Below are positions 60,851 to 64,000 of a DNA stretch of 64,000 nucleotides, in pieces. Position numbers and translations under genes: made by a program. Location: contig CM052817.1 in the NCBI GenBank assembly GCA_028534125.1, positions 95,544,001 to 95,608,000 on the forward strand, written 5' to 3'. How positions within the stretch are numbered: the first letter of the stretch is position 1; each line of letters starts with the position of its first letter. The notes beneath the pieces were generated by a model. That model did no database searches. It was not told where the DNA came from and was given only the letters and a program-made list of their open reading frames with translations. Origin of the DNA: Lama glama. Lineage: Eukaryota.

Positions 60851-63707
60851 ACATCTCATGCATCCTAGGTTGCAGATTTTGAGAAAATAGGGGCTGTGGC
60901 TATTTAAATCCTAGCAGGGATACAGACAGGTAGGTCCTTAACATCCCTCTGATGACAGTGGTGCCCTGGTGATTACCCGGCAAAGAGCATGAGCTGTTCT
61001 TATTTTTTAAATTAAGAAGTTCACTGAGCTTTCAATAAGAAAATTCACAGGGTAATTAAAAAAAAAGTCACAGGCATAACTCCAAGCACATTTAACTATT
61101 AGTCTAACTTCCTCTATCCAAGGTTAAGATGGAAATAATTGCCTATGGGAAGTGAAAAAAAAAAAATCCTCCAGGTCTGAATAGTGTTCTTTTGTAGAAA
61201 GTATAATGACAGGAGAAAATTTGACCCTTTGAGAATGGACAGCACTGCCTTTATTAAACTTCCTTTAGCCTTTTTATGTTGCTGGCACCATCTTTTCAGA
61301 CATTTGGATATTATATACGTGTGATAAGTGTGAATTATTTGCAGGTCTCTTCAAATAGGTAAGCGTTTTAAGCCCCACCACTCAAGCTCCCCTACCTTGA
61401 CAGCCCCCATAACACCTGGCATTACGACTGTTTTGACCAATGGAAACGTTTCTATGTACCATGGGACCAGCTCCTTCAAAGCAAATAATATCTTCAAAAT
61501 CTCTTTCTTATTAGAGAGAATGGGAAGACGTGTACTGTAAAAAGATATGTCAGGCCCGTCACCTGTCCTGAGATTGGACTTCAGGGGTGAGGTGAGGAAA
61601 AGGCTGTCACCCTGCATTGTTTTCAGATCACTCCATGCACCAGGAAGGTCCCCAGCACCTTTTGCAGAATTAATGACTGTCAGGGTGCAGGAAGCCAATC
61701 AATTTGATGTACATGTTCCTCAACATAGCAGCAGCAATGCCCCAAGGGTAGGATGAAATTACATTGTTTAAATGGAGAGAATTCTCTCTTAGTTGATTTC
61801 TGGAGTGGGTGGAATCCAAGACATACCTTCTTCTCCCTTTTAATACATATGCTTTTAAAAGCTTAGCTGATTGCTGCAATCCATCATTTCCAGCAACCAA
61901 AAAACTCCATTATTTCAACCTGAGCATTTTACCATTCATGTTGAGGGTGGAGGGGAGCAGGCAGGAAGCGTGATTGGCTCTTTGTAGGAAGAAATTATTT
62001 TAAAAAATGGGAATTAAAGGCAACGTACTGGGGACTGGGGGTCATTTACCCCCTCTCTAACACGCCAAATAAGAATCAAGGATGGGCACTGTCAGCGCTA
62101 TTTACATCCAAGAAGGTGCCAAACCAAAGACTAGTTTCAGATACCAAGGAATCTATTCAATTAATGGCTAAATGCAGAATTAAGAATTTTTCTTCTATCT
62201 TTTTCCTTCCACTTAAGTTCACTTTGCCATTACTTTAAATTTTTGAAAAGCAATCAGAGACATTTGTTCTTCAATGAGATTCACTCAAATGTGAAAAACA
62301 TCATTACTTTTCCTTCCCTACTGTGATACATGCGGAATAGTACCAGACCACTCTGGGAAGGGTCTGGTTCCCCTTTTGTTTGATTTGTTTTTAGTACAGT
62401 GGGTGGCAGCTTCAAAGGGCTCGTTCAGAAGTGATTCAGTCATCTCAATAAGATGGGAGTTTGGAGCCTCAAAGTGTTTGGCACAAACCAACCTGTTAAG
62501 TCAAAACCCTAGCACCAAGTGTTTTAGTTCTTGGGTTTGTCATTGGGGAACTCAAAGGAGAGAAAATACTCTAGGTACCCTTACTGGTTAGCCCAGTAAT
62601 GACCAAACTGCTAATTGTGACCTACTGGCAGATCACGAAATAAACTGGTCTCCACTAGCATTCAAAAAAAACCCAAAAAGGTGAAATAAAATAGGATACA
62701 TTAGAAAAATCAGACATGGTACATGGTGAAGATTGTTTCATTTACCTATCTTTAGCAATCAATCAGCCTATCTCTATATATTTTGCATTGTCATTTAATA
62801 TACACATATACATACACATATATAAACAGGTGGGAAATTTACTATGAGTTTTTGTTCAGAAATTTGAAAGCTACCAACTCAGTACATGGGTCCACCTACT
62901 TTGTTATGATAAAGTATTTTCAGAGGGCAAGTCTATTAAAGCCAATACATAAAATAAACACAAATATCTTTTTCCTACTGCAGATTTTAAATTCTTTCTT
63001 TTAAATATCTTTAATCCCATCAACCTGAGCAATTTGAAACAAAAAAAATCGAGCCCAAGCTGGTTACCACCTTCAAGAGGGTAAGAAAATTACTTCTTCG
63101 CTAGCGGTGTGTCAGGATCACTCTAGTTCTTCAATTGCACAAATAAAGGCAGTCATGTTGGGATCCGGCTCTTTGCAAAGGGATTTAGACAGTGTCATGG
63201 ACATAATCTGAGAGGAGTTACTAGCATCATCTTGAGAATGTCAGCAGCACAATCTGACCTGTGAGACTTCTCTGCCCTCATTCCGAGCAGGGAGAAGTTT
63301 TTCCAGCTGATCAAAGGAATCCTTATGAATCAGTGTAGATGACTCCCCAAGACTCCAGGACCATAATAGAGTCAGCAATAGCACTTAGCTTGAGCCAGTA
63401 ATGATTTCCCAGAGGTCTAACTGCAGCTTTACCGCAGCTCCCCAATAAAATGAAAATGACTTAAATGCCTCAGTGTGCTAAGTGCACAAGAGCATCCTGG
63501 TTGGGTTATCTATGCATACCAAATACAAAAGGTCAAATGGACGCAGTTTTCCTCAAATTCATTTCTCTTTGTTATAACTTGTTCTAATATATGGTGTGCT
63601 ACCCTGAAGAGGGGCCACCATTGCCAGGGAACAGTGAGTCAACTAAGAACTTTTTTTTTAACTATGAAATCTCTTAAGTGGACGTTTCTATTCAAAATAG
63701 CAAAGCC

Positions 63708-64000
63708 CTTAAGTCAGATGGAGAAAGACAAATACTGTATGATCTCACGTATACGTGGAATCAAAAAATATAACAAACTAGTGAATATAACAAAAAAGAA
63801 GCAGACTCACAGATACAGAGAACAAATTAGTAGTTACCAGTGGGGAGAGAGAAGTGAGGAATGAATGGGGTGAGGGGATTAAGAGATACAAACTATTAAG
63901 TATAAAATAAGCTACAAGGGTACATTGTACAACATGGGGGAAACAGCCAGTATCTTACAATAGCTATAAATGGAATACAACCTTTACAAATTGTGAATTA
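63708..64000 (+). mobile_element. L1 3' end, truncated by the window edge
   Basis: 'taagtcagatggagaaagacaaatactgtatgatctcac...gtggaatc...agactcacagatacagagaacaaa'. Confidence 0.85.

Larger units (their letters stand above)
41708..64000 (-). other. ZNF827: Long ZNF827 intron; upstream exon lies outside the window
   Basis: No further recognisable coding exon; the region is mostly repeats and non-coding sequence. Confidence 0.7.

Noticed and set aside
1..64000. CRISPR arrays, operons or other prokaryotic systems
   Set aside because: The window is mammalian intron/exon DNA with SINE, LINE and LTR repeats; no regularly spaced repeat-spacer array was seen.

Overview
Mammalian genomic DNA, probably camelid (several copies of a tRNA-derived SINE resembling camelid vic-1, plus artiodactyl-type L1 3' ends). 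Two convergent genes are present. On the + strand are the last two coding exons of a C4orf51 orthologue (69-142, 2346-2453), followed by an orphan CpG island. On the - strand is the 3' half of ZNF827: five frame-consistent GT-AG internal exons between 41707 and 26857, then a ~4 kb terminal exon whose 3'UTR ends near 19440. From 41708 to the window end is one long repeat-rich intron. The most interesting structure is a splicing switch at the ZNF827 C-terminus. The terminal exon carries an intact 835-nt in-frame ORF encoding five more C2H2 zinc fingers. It is cut off by any of three routes: intron read-through (K-stop), a candidate 67-nt stop exon, or a 33-nt stop exon (NSGQW-stop). That 33-nt exon also contains an internal GTGAGT donor overlapping its stop codon, which would yield a 12-nt in-frame microexon. 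Gene and repeat names come from recall of known sequences, not database searches; splice phases and coordinates were counted by hand.
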